DNA of 46,069 nt from Planctomycetia bacterium. Its GTDB lineage: Bacteria > Planctomycetota > Planctomycetia > Pirellulales > UBA1268. The notes beneath the pieces were generated by a model. It was not told the origin of the DNA and did not search any database. It saw nothing but the letters and a program-made list of their open reading frames with translations. Of the stretch, positions 29,112 to 38,767 are shown piece after piece. A program made the translations under genes and the position numbers. How positions within the stretch are numbered: the first letter of the stretch is position 1; every line of letters begins with the position of its first letter. The stretch is taken from positions 1 through 46,069 of the forward strand of contig JBJTDB010000069.1 in the NCBI GenBank assembly GCA_046092145.1. The letters are read 5' to 3'.

Positions 29112-29747
29112 ATGTCCGATACGACATCCGCCGGTCGCTCCCTCGGCATCCCCGATTCGGTGGTGCGCGCATTGGGCCGTCTGCGAACCCCGTGGGACAT
29201 CCAGGATTTTGTGAACAGCCTTGCCTGGAACCACGCCGGCGGCGACACCGCCCGGTCGGTCGTGCGGGTGCTGGAATTCGGGAAGGCCCAGTGCATCGAG
29301 GGGGCGTTCGTGGCGGCCTGCGCCCTGTGGCTCTCGGGCAGGCCCCCGCTGCTCATGGATCTGGGGGCCGATCGCGATTCCGATCATGTTGTCGCCCTCT
29401 TTCGCCGCGGCCGCTGCTGGGGGGCTATCTCCAAGAGCAACAGCCCCTGTCTGCGGTTTCGCGATCCGATCTACCGAACGCTGCGGGAACTCTCCCTCTC
29501 CTATTTCCCGCAGTACATGACCCGGCAAAGGAAGACGCTCCGCAGCTACTCCGTGCCGATCGATCTCCGGCGGCTTGATCCCGCGCTGTGGATCACGCAT
29601 CCGGGCTTCTGCGGGGAGATGGTCGACATCCTCACCAACGCCCGCCACTCCCACCTTCTGCCCCGCGGCATGACCGCCACCCATCTGCGGCCGCTCGACC
29701 CCATCGAGGTTCGGGGCCTCGGCGTCAAGGAATATCCGAAGGAGTGA
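29112..29747 (+). CDS. Transglutaminase-like/papain-fold cysteine hydrolase family hypothetical protein
   Basis: AQCIEGAFVAA (Cys), DSDHVVALF (His), WGAISKSN...LRFRDPIYR. TAGGCT -10 at 29073-29078. Confidence 0.7.
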   Translation: MSDTTSAGRSLGIPDSVVRALGRLRTPWDIQDFVNSLAWNHAGGDTARSVVRVLEFGKAQCIEGAFVAACALWLSGRPPLLMDLGADRDSDHVVALFRRGRCWGAISKSNSPCLRFRDPIYRTLRELSLSYFPQYMTRQRKTLRSYSVPIDLRRLDPALWITHPGFCGEMVDILTNARHSHLLPRGMTATHLRPLDPIEVRGLGVKEYPKE

Positions 29748-29748
29748 G

Positions 29749-30567
29749 TCACATCCCGGCCTGGCCGAGGAGCTTTCGGAGCGCCGTCATCGCGATCTCG
29801 CCGAATTGCCGTGGCGGGACGTGCCAGAGGGTCGGGTTGTGGAGTTCGACCGCAACGGCACCGGCGTAGCCGATCTCGTGAAGCCTCGCGATGAGCTGGT
29901 CCGGGGGCGACGAGCCTTCGCCGGGGAGAATTCGGTCGGAGTCGCCGGCCATCTCCCGCGGCACGTCGGCGATATCCGAGAGCTGCACATGGGCGAGGTT
30001 TTCCTTCGACAGGAGCCAGAGGTCGAGCGGCTTGCTCGGACCGACAGTCCAGTGAAACCAGTCGAGGCAGACACCCAGCGAGGGCAGGCCGACGTCCTCG
30101 ACGAGGGCAACGGCCGACTGGAGATTGTTGGGAAAGCTGGCACGGGCGTCGAATTCCAGCGCCAGCCGAATGCCTGCGTCGGCCGCCCGCTTGGCCGCGT
30201 CGCCGAGGCTCATCGACAAACGGCCCAGGTCTTGTGGGCCGAGTGGTCCAAACGCGTCACCGGCGATCACGAGGACCGGAATGCCGAGCGCCTGCATGAG
30301 CGAAAGCCGCGACTCGAAATGACTCCAGTGCTCCCGGCGGGCCTCGCCCTGGCTCGTGAGCAATCCTCCTTGAAAGCTCGCGGCCACCGGGCTCATGCCA
30401 TGCCGCGAGAACCGATCCGCAAGGGCTTCGACGTCGTACGACTCGAGAAATCGCTCGGCATGGCCGAGCCAGAGATCGACCGCCTCGCAATGGCCGGCTG
30501 AATACTCCTCGAGAATCGTTTCGAGCGATGCATTGAGCGAGCAGGCGGTGGCGACGGCGGGGCGCAT
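29749..30567 (-). CDS. Sugar phosphate isomerase/epimerase (xylose isomerase-like TIM barrel)
   Basis: RLALEF, GVCLDWFH, HVQLSD, DRILPGEG, GYAGAVAVEL. Start 30567 preferred (TGnTAGGAT 7 nt upstream); alternative 30576. Confidence 0.9.
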   Translation of the reverse strand: MRPAVATACSLNASLETILEEYSAGHCEAVDLWLGHAERFLESYDVEALADRFSRHGMSPVAASFQGGLLTSQGEARREHWSHFESRLSLMQALGIPVLVIAGDAFGPLGPQDLGRLSMSLGDAAKRAADAGIRLALEFDARASFPNNLQSAVALVEDVGLPSLGVCLDWFHWTVGPSKPLDLWLLSKENLAHVQLSDIADVPREMAGDSDRILPGEGSSPPDQLIARLHEIGYAGAVAVELHNPTLWHVPPRQFGEIAMTALRKLLGQAGM

Positions 30568-30642
30568 GATGCTCATCCTACCACTCGACTGCCGGGCGAT
30601 GGCCCGCTCCGCACAACGAACCCAAGTGTCGTGTGTGCGTGA

Positions 30643-32271
30643 TCACAGCTTGTCGTTCAGGAGATCGACGACGTCGTCGATCGGCACCCGTGTTTGGGCG
30701 AGCGAGTCGCGGTCGCGGAGCGTGACCGTCTTGTCGGCGAGCGTCTGCCCGTCGATCGTGAGGCACCATGGGGTGCCGGCCTCGTCCTGCCGGGCGTAGC
30801 GGCGGCCCACGGAGCCCTTTTCGTCGTACATGCAGGCCATGTGTGGCTTGAGTCGCCGGTAGAGATCGGTCGCCACCTCCGGCATGCCGTCCTTCTTCAC
30901 CAGTGGCAGGATCGCCGCCTTGAGCGGCGCGAGCCGTGGGTGGAGCTTCAGCACGGTGCGACTCCGCGGCTTGCCATCCTCGTCGGGCACCTCGTCCTCG
31001 TGGTAGGCGTCGCAGAGGAAGGCCAGGACGGCCCGATCCGCACCGGCCGAGGGCTCGATCACGTGGGGAACGTACCGCTCCCGCGTGACGTCGTCGAAAT
31101 AGGAGAGATCCTTGCCGCTCCCCTTGTGCCGGGGCTTGCCATCGGGCCCGGTCTCGAGGACCAGTTCGCCATCCTTGCGAACGAGCTTGCCTTCCATGTG
31201 GCTTCGAAGGTCGAAGTCGCCGCGGTGGGCGATCCCCTCCAGTTCGCCGAACTCGCCCGGTGCGAGAAACGGGAACGCATACTCGATGTCGGCCGTGCCA
31301 CAGGAGTAGTGGGAGAGTTCGTCGGCGCCGTGCTCGCGAAGCTGGAGCTTTCCTTCAGTGAGTCCGAGATCGAGATACCATCTCCAGCGGCGGTCGCGCC
31401 AGTAGCGATACCAGGCCGCCGAGTCGGAAGGCTTGCAGAAGAATTCGATCTCCATCTGCTCGAACTCGCGGGATCGGAAGGTGAAGTTCCTGGGCGTGAT
31501 CTCGTTGCGGAAGCTCTTGCCGATCTGGGCGATGCCGAAGGGCACTCGCACCCGCGACGTGTCGAGCACGTTCTTGAAGTTCATGAAGATGCCCTGGGCC
31601 GTTTCCGGCCGCAGGAAGGCACGGTCGTCGTCGTCACCCGCCAGGGCGCCGATCCGCGTCTGGAACATGAGGTTGAATTCGCGAGGCTCCGTCAGCGTGC
31701 CCGGCTCGGAGGCATCGGGGCCGATGGCCTCGGCGAGCGGAACGTTCCCGGCCAGCGGGATGAGCCCGCCGAGCCACTCGATCTCGTCAACCTGCTTGGC
31801 CCGCACGCCGAAGAACTTCTGGGCTCGCGTGACCGTGTGCGGAATGGCCTCGTCCCCCGACTGGTCCGTGACGATGAACGCCTTTTTCCCCCGATGGGCG
31901 GCCCAGCGGCCGTGGAGGTGGTCGTAGCGGTATCGCTTCTTCGATTCGCGGCAGTCGATCATCCAGTCGTGGAAGAGGTCGAAGTGGCCCGAGCACTTCC
32001 AGACCTGGGGGTGCATGATGATCGTGCAGTCGAGGCCGGCCATCTCGTATTCGCAGGGCGCGCCGGGCGGCGTGGCGAGCTCGTCGTGGCCCGAGACCAT
32101 GTCGTGCCACCAGGCTTCCTTCAGATTCCGCTTGAGCGCCACGCCGAGCGGTCCGTAGTCCCAGAATCCGTTCAGACCACCGTAGATCTCGCTCGACTGG
32201 AAGATGAAACCGCGCCGTTTGGCAAGCGACACGATCCGATCCATCTTCGACTGGTCGTTCTGTTTTTCCAT
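30643..32271 (-). CDS. glyQS: Glycine--tRNA ligase, alpha2 (homodimeric) type
   Basis: KRRGFIFQSSEIYGG, FNLMF, LRPETAQGIF, GKSFRNEITPRNF.FRSREFEQME, PHVIEPSAG, GRRYARQDEAGTP. Confidence 0.97.
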   Translation of the reverse strand: MEKQNDQSKMDRIVSLAKRRGFIFQSSEIYGGLNGFWDYGPLGVALKRNLKEAWWHDMVSGHDELATPPGAPCEYEMAGLDCTIIMHPQVWKCSGHFDLFHDWMIDCRESKKRYRYDHLHGRWAAHRGKKAFIVTDQSGDEAIPHTVTRAQKFFGVRAKQVDEIEWLGGLIPLAGNVPLAEAIGPDASEPGTLTEPREFNLMFQTRIGALAGDDDDRAFLRPETAQGIFMNFKNVLDTSRVRVPFGIAQIGKSFRNEITPRNFTFRSREFEQMEIEFFCKPSDSAAWYRYWRDRRWRWYLDLGLTEGKLQLREHGADELSHYSCGTADIEYAFPFLAPGEFGELEGIAHRGDFDLRSHMEGKLVRKDGELVLETGPDGKPRHKGSGKDLSYFDDVTRERYVPHVIEPSAGADRAVLAFLCDAYHEDEVPDEDGKPRSRTVLKLHPRLAPLKAAILPLVKKDGMPEVATDLYRRLKPHMACMYDEKGSVGRRYARQDEAGTPWCLTIDGQTLADKTVTLRDRDSLAQTRVPIDDVVDLLNDKL

Positions 32272-32338
32272 GCTTCTGGCACGCATTCCTTTCTGACGGG
32301 AGCCGGAGTGTAGTGGCCCCGCGCGGCGCCGGTCCACA

Positions 32339-33109
32339 TCAGCCCGAACGGGGCCGGTCGGCCACGAGCCATCCCGTCGGCCGATCGAGTCGCGGCACGA
32401 CCCCCAGGGAGTCGATCGCCGCGGCAGGGCGGAGATCCGCCTCCATCCCGATGTCGATGAGGTTGCGGCCGCCCACCGACGTGGCGAAGACACAGGCCAG
32501 CGACGTGGCGGCATCCAGGCCGGCCGCGACGACGCCACGATAGTCTGCCAGGGCCGCTCGTGCGGAGTCGTCGAGGTCCTCGATCGCGACGCCGGCCCGT
32601 AGGGCGGCATCGAGGATCGATCCCGCACCGAGTCGATCCTCCTCCGTGACCGCGCCACCGGTGCCGGCGCAGACCAGATGCACGTCGCGTCCATGGCCGC
32701 GCCGTGCACCCTGCACGGCGCGATCGGCCACGGCCGACCGGTTGACGACCGCGCCGATCAAGAGCTCGGTCGAGCCGTCGCAGGCATGAATGGCGGCCGT
32801 GCCGTTGGTGGTGGTGATGACGATGTCGCGTCCTTCGATCCTGTGCCGCGAATACTCGAGCGGGGAGTTGCCCAGATCGAATCCCTCGATCGGCCGTCCC
32901 TCCCGCTCGCCGCCCAGGAGCAGGTCGCCGGCGGTTGCCAGGCCGCGGGCCTCCCCGATCGTGCGGACCGGCCGGATGCGGGCTGCGCCGTTGGCCAGGG
33001 CGGTGATGATCGTGGTCGAAGCCCGCAGAACGTCGATCACGACGGCGATCCCTCCCGCGCAGGCCCCGGGAGGCATACGATGAAAGCAGTCGTGACACCA
33101 CCAGCGCAC
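32339..33109 (-). CDS. comB: 2-phosphosulfolactate phosphatase family protein
   Basis: VVIDVLRASTTI, GGEREG..IEGFDLGNSPLE, TTTNGT, VCAG, EED..GAG. GTG start with GAGGA RBS is inferred. Confidence 0.9.
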   Translation of the reverse strand: MRWWCHDCFHRMPPGACAGGIAVVIDVLRASTTIITALANGAARIRPVRTIGEARGLATAGDLLLGGEREGRPIEGFDLGNSPLEYSRHRIEGRDIVITTTNGTAAIHACDGSTELLIGAVVNRSAVADRAVQGARRGHGRDVHLVCAGTGGAVTEEDRLGAGSILDAALRAGVAIEDLDDSARAALADYRGVVAAGLDAATSLACVFATSVGGRNLIDIGMEADLRPAAAIDSLGVVPRLDRPTGWLVADRPRSG

Positions 33110-33127
33110 AGGATTTCCTCGGGTTCG

Positions 33128-33883
33128 ATGACGGGATTTTCCGCCACGATAGAGCAAACGCCCCCGGGCGTCGACAAGAGCGGCTCGAAGGTCCGCGGCA
33201 TGTTCGCCGAGATCGCGCCGCGATATGACCTCGTCAACCGGATGCTTTCCGGCGGCATCGATATCTGGTGGCGGCATGTGACCGTGTCACGCGTGCCCCC
33301 TCCTGCCGTCGGAGCGATGCTCGACGTCTGCACCGGCACCGGCGACCTGGCCCTGGCCTACGCCTCCAAGGCCGCCGCGGGCGTGCGGATCGTGGGCTGC
33401 GATTTCTGCGGGCCGATGCTGGCCCATGGGATCGACAAGGCGGGCCGGACGGGGGCGACGGTCGAATGGATCGAGGCCGATGCGATGGCCCTGCCCTTCG
33501 CTGACGCGGCGTTCGATCTCGTGACGGTCGCCTTCGGCCTCCGCAACATCGCCGACACCCGTCGCGGGCTCGAGGAAATGGCGAGGGTGCTCGCTCCGGG
33601 CGGACGGCTGGCGATTCTCGAATTCTCCCTCCCGTCGAACCGGCTGATCCGGGCGGGCTATCTCTGGTACTTCCGCCACGTGCTCCCGTTCATCGGCAAC
33701 TGCGTCGCCCGCAACCGCTCCGACGCCTACACCTACCTCAACCGGAGCGTGGAGGAGTTTCCCTCGGGCGAGCGGCTGGCGACCATCGTACGGGACGCCG
33801 GTTTCTCGTCGGTCGAGATGGTTCCGCTGTCGTTCGGCATCGCAACGCTCACGATCGCCACGCGGAGAGCCGCCGATGTCTGA
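33128..33883 (+). CDS. ubiE: Demethylmenaquinone methyltransferase (UbiE/MenG)
   Basis: VRGMFAEIAPRYDLVNRMLS.G.D..WR, LDVCTGTGD, LPFAD..FD, FGLRN, EMARVL.PGG. Confidence 0.95.
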   Translation: MTGFSATIEQTPPGVDKSGSKVRGMFAEIAPRYDLVNRMLSGGIDIWWRHVTVSRVPPPAVGAMLDVCTGTGDLALAYASKAAAGVRIVGCDFCGPMLAHGIDKAGRTGATVEWIEADAMALPFADAAFDLVTVAFGLRNIADTRRGLEEMARVLAPGGRLAILEFSLPSNRLIRAGYLWYFRHVLPFIGNCVARNRSDAYTYLNRSVEEFPSGERLATIVRDAGFSSVEMVPLSFGIATLTIATRRAADV

Positions 33884-34490
33884 CGGAACGTCACTGCCGC
33901 TGGTGGTGGGAATCACGGGAGCATCGGGCGCGGCCTACGCCGTGCGGCTCGTCGAGGCGCTCCTCGCGGCCGATCGGGAGATCCATCTTTCGATCAGCCC
34001 GTCCGGGCATGCGGTGATCCGTGAGGAACTGGGACGAACCGTCGATCTTGATCGCTTCGCGCTCGAGGATCTGCTCGGTGCGGCCGTGCCGAAGACCGGC
34101 CTGGTGCACTACCATCATTTCAAGGACCTGATGGCCCCGATCGCGAGCGGCTCGTTTCTCACCGGGGCCATGGTGATCTGCCCGTGCAGCGGCAGCACGC
34201 TCGCCGCGGTCGCCCATGCGATGGGCGAGAACCTGATTCACCGCGCCGCGGAGGTGCATCTCAAGGAGCGGCGCAGGCTCGTCGTCGTGCCGCGGGAGAC
34301 GCCCCTCTCGCTGCCGCAGCTCAAGAACATGCAGGCGATTCACGAGGCGGGTGCCGTCGTGCTGCCGGCATCACCGGGGTTCTACCACGGTGCCGAATCC
34401 GTGGCCGATCTCGTGGACTTCGTGGTGGCCAGGATCTGCGATCAGCTGGGAGTCCGGAACAGACTCATGCGCCGATGGGGGACGACCTGA
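33876..34490 (+). CDS. ubiX: Flavin prenyltransferase UbiX
   Basis: VGITGASGA, APIASGS, PCSGSTL, RAAEVHLKERR.LV.VPRETP, PASPGFYH. Confidence 0.95.
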   Translation: MSDGTSLPLVVGITGASGAAYAVRLVEALLAADREIHLSISPSGHAVIREELGRTVDLDRFALEDLLGAAVPKTGLVHYHHFKDLMAPIASGSFLTGAMVICPCSGSTLAAVAHAMGENLIHRAAEVHLKERRRLVVVPRETPLSLPQLKNMQAIHEAGAVVLPASPGFYHGAESVADLVDFVVARICDQLGVRNRLMRRWGTT

Positions 34491-35431
34491 TGGCGGCAGC
34501 AACGCTCCCGCGGCCGCTCTCCCGGCTTCGCACCTATCTCGAACTGGTTCGCTTCAGCCACACGATCTTCGCGATGCCCTTCGCGATCATGGCGGCCTTG
34601 ATCGCGGTGCGGTGTGGAATCGATCAGCCGGCTTCCGGGGGCATGGGGTGGACGCGATGGGTCCGGCTCGTCGGCGGCATCATCGCCTGCATGGTCACGG
34701 CCCGCACGGCCGCGATGGCCTTCAATCGTCTTGTTGACCGCACGATCGACGCTCAGAACCCGCGGACCGCGGCGAGACACCTTCCGCGCGGTGACGTGAC
34801 GACCGCGGAGGTCGTGCGGGTCGTCGCGATCTCGTGCGGCGGCTTCATCGGCTCGACCCTGCTCTTCCTTCCCAATTGGCTGCCGCTGGTGCTCTCGGTA
34901 CCCGTGCTGGCGTGGCTGCTGGGCTACAGTTACGCGAAGCGGTTCACGATGCTGGCCCATGTGTGGCTCGGGGTGGCGCTCGGTCTGGCGCCGATGGCCG
35001 CCTGGATCGCGCTTCGGTGGGAGGCGGTGTTGCGCGATCCCTCCGATATGCTGCCGGCGGTGATCCTCGGCCTGGCCGTCACCGCGTGGGTCTCGGGATT
35101 CGACATCATCTACGCCTGCCAAGACGCCCGCTTCGATGCCGATCACGGCCTGCACAGCGTGCCGGCCCGCATGGGCGTGCCGCGAGCCCTGCGGGCGTCG
35201 GCATGGCTTCACGCCATCACGCTGCTGCTCGTGGCCTGTCTTCCGCTGGCCGTCCCGGATCTGGGCCCGATCTATTGGGCTGCCGTGCTGGCGATCGCGG
35301 TGCTTCTGGCCTGGGAGCATGCGATCGTCCGCCCTGACGACCTTTCCCGGGTGAACGACGCCTTTTTCACGGCGAATGCGGCGATCGGGCTCCTGCTGCT
35401 CGCCGCGATCGCCGCCGATTTATGGCTGTGA
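34490..35431 (+). CDS. ubiA: UbiA-family prenyltransferase (MqnP-like, futalosine pathway)
   Basis: VRFSHTIFAMPFA, ARTAAMAFNRLVDR.IDAQNPRTA.R, YSYAKRFT, GFDIIYACQD. ATG overlaps the ubiX TGA. Confidence 0.9.
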   Translation: MAAATLPRPLSRLRTYLELVRFSHTIFAMPFAIMAALIAVRCGIDQPASGGMGWTRWVRLVGGIIACMVTARTAAMAFNRLVDRTIDAQNPRTAARHLPRGDVTTAEVVRVVAISCGGFIGSTLLFLPNWLPLVLSVPVLAWLLGYSYAKRFTMLAHVWLGVALGLAPMAAWIALRWEAVLRDPSDMLPAVILGLAVTAWVSGFDIIYACQDARFDADHGLHSVPARMGVPRALRASAWLHAITLLLVACLPLAVPDLGPIYWAAVLAIAVLLAWEHAIVRPDDLSRVNDAFFTANAAIGLLLLAAIAADLWL

Positions 35432-35508
35432 GGCACGACGCGGTTGCGAAAATCCCGATCGTGCGGTTCTTTGGGGAGCCGCCCGGACCGGGCGACAAGG
35501 AGGAATTC

Positions 35509-36642
35509 ATGATCCGCGCCGTCATGCCATCGTTCGAGCACGTCCGTGAGAAGATCGAAGCCGGGGAGCGGCTCGACGCCTCGGAAGCGGAACTGCTCTG
35601 GGACGAGCGGATCGGTCTGCATGAACTTGGCGAACTGGCGAACTTCGTCCGCGAGCGGAAGAACGGCAACGTCGCCTTCTACAACATCAACACGCACCTC
35701 AACCCGACGAACGTCTGCGTGTACCGCTGCACCTTTTGCGCGTTCCGTGCCGATCTCCGGGAGGCGCGGGGCTACGTGATGAGCGACGAGCAGATCCTGG
35801 CCCGCGGCCGGGAGGCGGTCGATGCCGGCTCGACCGAGATGCACATCGTCGGGGGCCTGCACCATCAGAAAGATTACGACTGGTATCTCGACGTCATCCG
35901 CCTGCTGCACGATGCCTATCCGTCGCTGCACCTCAAGGCCTGGACGCCGGTCGAGATCAACTGGTTTTGCCATCTCACGAAGCGATCGATCCGAGACGTT
36001 CTCGTGGAGATGAAGGACGCCGGTCTCGGCAGCCTTCCCGGTGGTGGTGCCGAGATCTTCCATCCCGAGGTCCGTGACAAGATCTGCGAGCACAAGGCCG
36101 ACACGAAGGAGTGGTTCGAGATCCACCGCACGGCCCACTCGCTCGGCCTGCGGAGCAACGCCACGATGCTCTACGGCCATATTGAAAACGCCTTCCACCG
36201 CACCGACCACCTGCTTCGGCTGCGGGAGTTGCAGGACGAAACGGGGGGCTTCCAGACATTCATCCCGCTCGCCTTCCATCCGGCCAACACCCGGCTCTCG
36301 CATCTTTCCAAGCCGTCGGCCGCCTTCAGCCTGCGGACGATGGCGATCGCGCGGCTCGTGCTCGACAACGTCGATCACATGAAGGCCTACTGGATCATGC
36401 TGGGCATCGGCACGGCCCAGGCGGCGCTGGCCTACGGCGCCGACGACATCGACGGCACGGTTCGTCATGAACTCATCTACCACGACGCCGGCGCGACGAC
36501 CCCGGAGATTCTCTCCGTCGAGGAGATCCGGAGGTTGATCCGCGAGGCGGGCCGCGAGCCCGTGGAGCGTGACACCCTCTACCGCCGCGTCATCCGCGAC
36601 GCCACCGGCTGGCGGGCTGCCGAGCCGCTCACGGCGGGATGA
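35509..36642 (+). CDS. mqnE: Aminofutalosine synthase (radical SAM)
   Basis: HLNPTNVCVYRCTFCAF (CxxxCxxC), EMHIVGGLH, SLPGGGAEIF, NATMLYGHIE, KAYWIM, GADDIDGT. AGGAGG RBS; menaquinone gene context. Confidence 0.9.
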   Translation: MIRAVMPSFEHVREKIEAGERLDASEAELLWDERIGLHELGELANFVRERKNGNVAFYNINTHLNPTNVCVYRCTFCAFRADLREARGYVMSDEQILARGREAVDAGSTEMHIVGGLHHQKDYDWYLDVIRLLHDAYPSLHLKAWTPVEINWFCHLTKRSIRDVLVEMKDAGLGSLPGGGAEIFHPEVRDKICEHKADTKEWFEIHRTAHSLGLRSNATMLYGHIENAFHRTDHLLRLRELQDETGGFQTFIPLAFHPANTRLSHLSKPSAAFSLRTMAIARLVLDNVDHMKAYWIMLGIGTAQAALAYGADDIDGTVRHELIYHDAGATTPEILSVEEIRRLIREAGREPVERDTLYRRVIRDATGWRAAEPLTAG

Positions 36643-36666
36643 CCGCAATCCTCGGGCGGGCACGGG

Positions 36667-38748
36667 TCAGCCGACGTTGCCCAGGCCCAGCGTGTCGCCC
36701 CAGCGATCGACCACCAGTTTCTTGAGCCTGGTCAGCGTCGCGTCGGCAAGCTCTGGATCGCGGCTGAAAAGATCGAGTGCATCGCCCCGGGCCTCGTCGA
36801 CGATCTCGGGGTGCTTGGCGAGGTCGGCGATGTAGAGGTCGATCCTGCCGCTCTGCCTCGATCCGACCAGTTCGCCGGGGCCACGGAGCGAAAAATCCTT
36901 CGCCGCGAGTTCGAAACCGTCGGTCGATGCCACGAACGCATCGACCCGTGGATGGGCCTCCGTGCCCGACGCCGTCACGGCGCCGCAGATCCCGGCGACC
37001 GCGCCGCGGGCCACACGGCCTCGCAACTGATGGAGCTGCGCGAGCCCGAAGCTGTCGGCATCGAGGATCGTCATGACGGTGGCGTTGGGAACGTCGATGC
37101 CGACCTCAATCACGCTCGTGCAGACGAGCACATCCAGCTTCCTGGCGCGGAAGTCCTCCATGATCGCCTGTTTCTCGGCCGGCTTCAGTCGCCCATGGAC
37201 CAGCGAGAGACGAAATGCCTCCAGCGGCCCGTTGGCCAATTCCTCGAAGGCCGAGGCGATCGTCGCCAGACCTCGCTTCGACTCCTCGATGGCGGGCACC
37301 ACGACATATCCCTGCCGTCCCTCCCGAAGTTTGTGTCGAACATGATCCCACCACGATGCTTCGTCGTCGGGGCCGACGCGATACGTCCGGACGGGTTGGC
37401 GACCGGCCGGACCCGATCGAATGGTCGACTGGTCGAGGTCGCCGTAGACGGCGTGGGCGATCGTGCGAGGGATCGGAGTGGCCGTCATCACGAGCACGTG
37501 CGGCTCCTTTCCCCCGTGCTGGAGTGTCGCCCGCTGCACGACGCCGAACCGATGCTGTTCGTCGATCACCACGAGCCCCAGGCTCTTGAAGGCGGCCTGC
37601 CCGCTCACGAGCGCCTGGGTGCCGATGACGATCTGCGAGGTCCCAGCCGCGATCCGATCGAGCGCCTTCCGCCGCTGGGCCCGCGTCTGCCCCCCCACGA
37701 GCAGTTCGAGGTTCACGCGGCCCCCGGCGAGGAGCCTCTCCAGCGTGTCCATGTGCTGCCGCGCGAGCAGTTCCGTCGGCGCCATGAGCGCGGCCTGATG
37801 GCCGCAGGCCACGGCGGCCAGCATCGAGTAGACGGCGACGGCCGTCTTGCCGCTTCCGACATCCCCCTGTAGGAGACGGTTCATCGGCTCGTGCTTCGCG
37901 ATGTCGGCGACGATGTCGGTGATCACGCCGTCTTGATCGGGCGTGAGTGCGAACGGCAGGCGGGCCCGGATCCGTCCATCGATGCGGGCATCGACCACCA
38001 TCGCAGACGCCGCCCTGCGATCCCGCTGCTGGGCACGATGCAGCCGCAGTGCCAGCTGCAGCATGAAGAGTTCCTGGTAGATGAACCGCCTTCTGGCAGA
38101 CTCCATCGTTTCCGCGGTCGTCGGAAAGTGGATTTCGCGGATCGCACGATGGATCGGCATCAGCCGCTTGGTCGCCAGCCAGGTCTCCGGAAAGGCCTCC
38201 TGCAGCAGGTCGGCGGCATGCGCGATCGCAGCCTGCACCGCCAGCCGCACGTCCGATTGCCGTGCGTCGTGTGCGAGATCGTAGACCGGCAGAAACTCGC
38301 CCTGCGACGTGTCTTCGCCGGCCGCGCACCAGCGCACCTCGGGGTGGGTCATCTCCCAGGCGGCGCCCGCCCGCTTCGGGATCCCCGCGAGCACGACACG
38401 CATCCCGGCGGCGAACTTTTTCGCCATGAACGGCATGTTGAACCAGACCGCCCGGAGGCTCCCCCCCTGCCCCTCGACGAGCACGGTCAGCATCTGACGT
38501 CCATGCGCCGTCATCCGCTGTCGCACGTCGGTGACCTCGCCCGTGAGCGATGCGTGCTCCCCTTCCTGGAGCGCGGCGAACGCATGCGTGCCGCTGAAGT
38601 CCTTGTAGGTTCGCGGAAAGTGGATCAGGGCGTCGCGGACGGTCGTGAGCCCGAGCGGCGCGAGTCTGCGGGCCCGTATCGTGCCGACCCCCGGCAGCCG
38701 CTCCAGCGGCGTCAACAGGCTTGCCTGGGGGGCGAGGCTCTGATCCAT
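36667..38748 (-). CDS. recG: ATP-dependent DNA helicase RecG
   Basis: PMNRLLQGDVGSGKT, MAPTELLARQH, IDEQHRFG, MTATPIPRT, VIEVGIDVPNA, LHQLRGRV, RGPGE..G..QSG. Confidence 0.97.
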   Translation of the reverse strand: MDQSLAPQASLLTPLERLPGVGTIRARRLAPLGLTTVRDALIHFPRTYKDFSGTHAFAALQEGEHASLTGEVTDVRQRMTAHGRQMLTVLVEGQGGSLRAVWFNMPFMAKKFAAGMRVVLAGIPKRAGAAWEMTHPEVRWCAAGEDTSQGEFLPVYDLAHDARQSDVRLAVQAAIAHAADLLQEAFPETWLATKRLMPIHRAIREIHFPTTAETMESARRRFIYQELFMLQLALRLHRAQQRDRRAASAMVVDARIDGRIRARLPFALTPDQDGVITDIVADIAKHEPMNRLLQGDVGSGKTAVAVYSMLAAVACGHQAALMAPTELLARQHMDTLERLLAGGRVNLELLVGGQTRAQRRKALDRIAAGTSQIVIGTQALVSGQAAFKSLGLVVIDEQHRFGVVQRATLQHGGKEPHVLVMTATPIPRTIAHAVYGDLDQSTIRSGPAGRQPVRTYRVGPDDEASWWDHVRHKLREGRQGYVVVPAIEESKRGLATIASAFEELANGPLEAFRLSLVHGRLKPAEKQAIMEDFRARKLDVLVCTSVIEVGIDVPNATVMTILDADSFGLAQLHQLRGRVARGAVAGICGAVTASGTEAHPRVDAFVASTDGFELAAKDFSLRGPGELVGSRQSGRIDLYIADLAKHPEIVDEARGDALDLFSRDPELADATLTRLKKLVVDRWGDTLGLGNVG

Positions 38749-38767
38749 GGGAAGGCCCGACCCGCTG

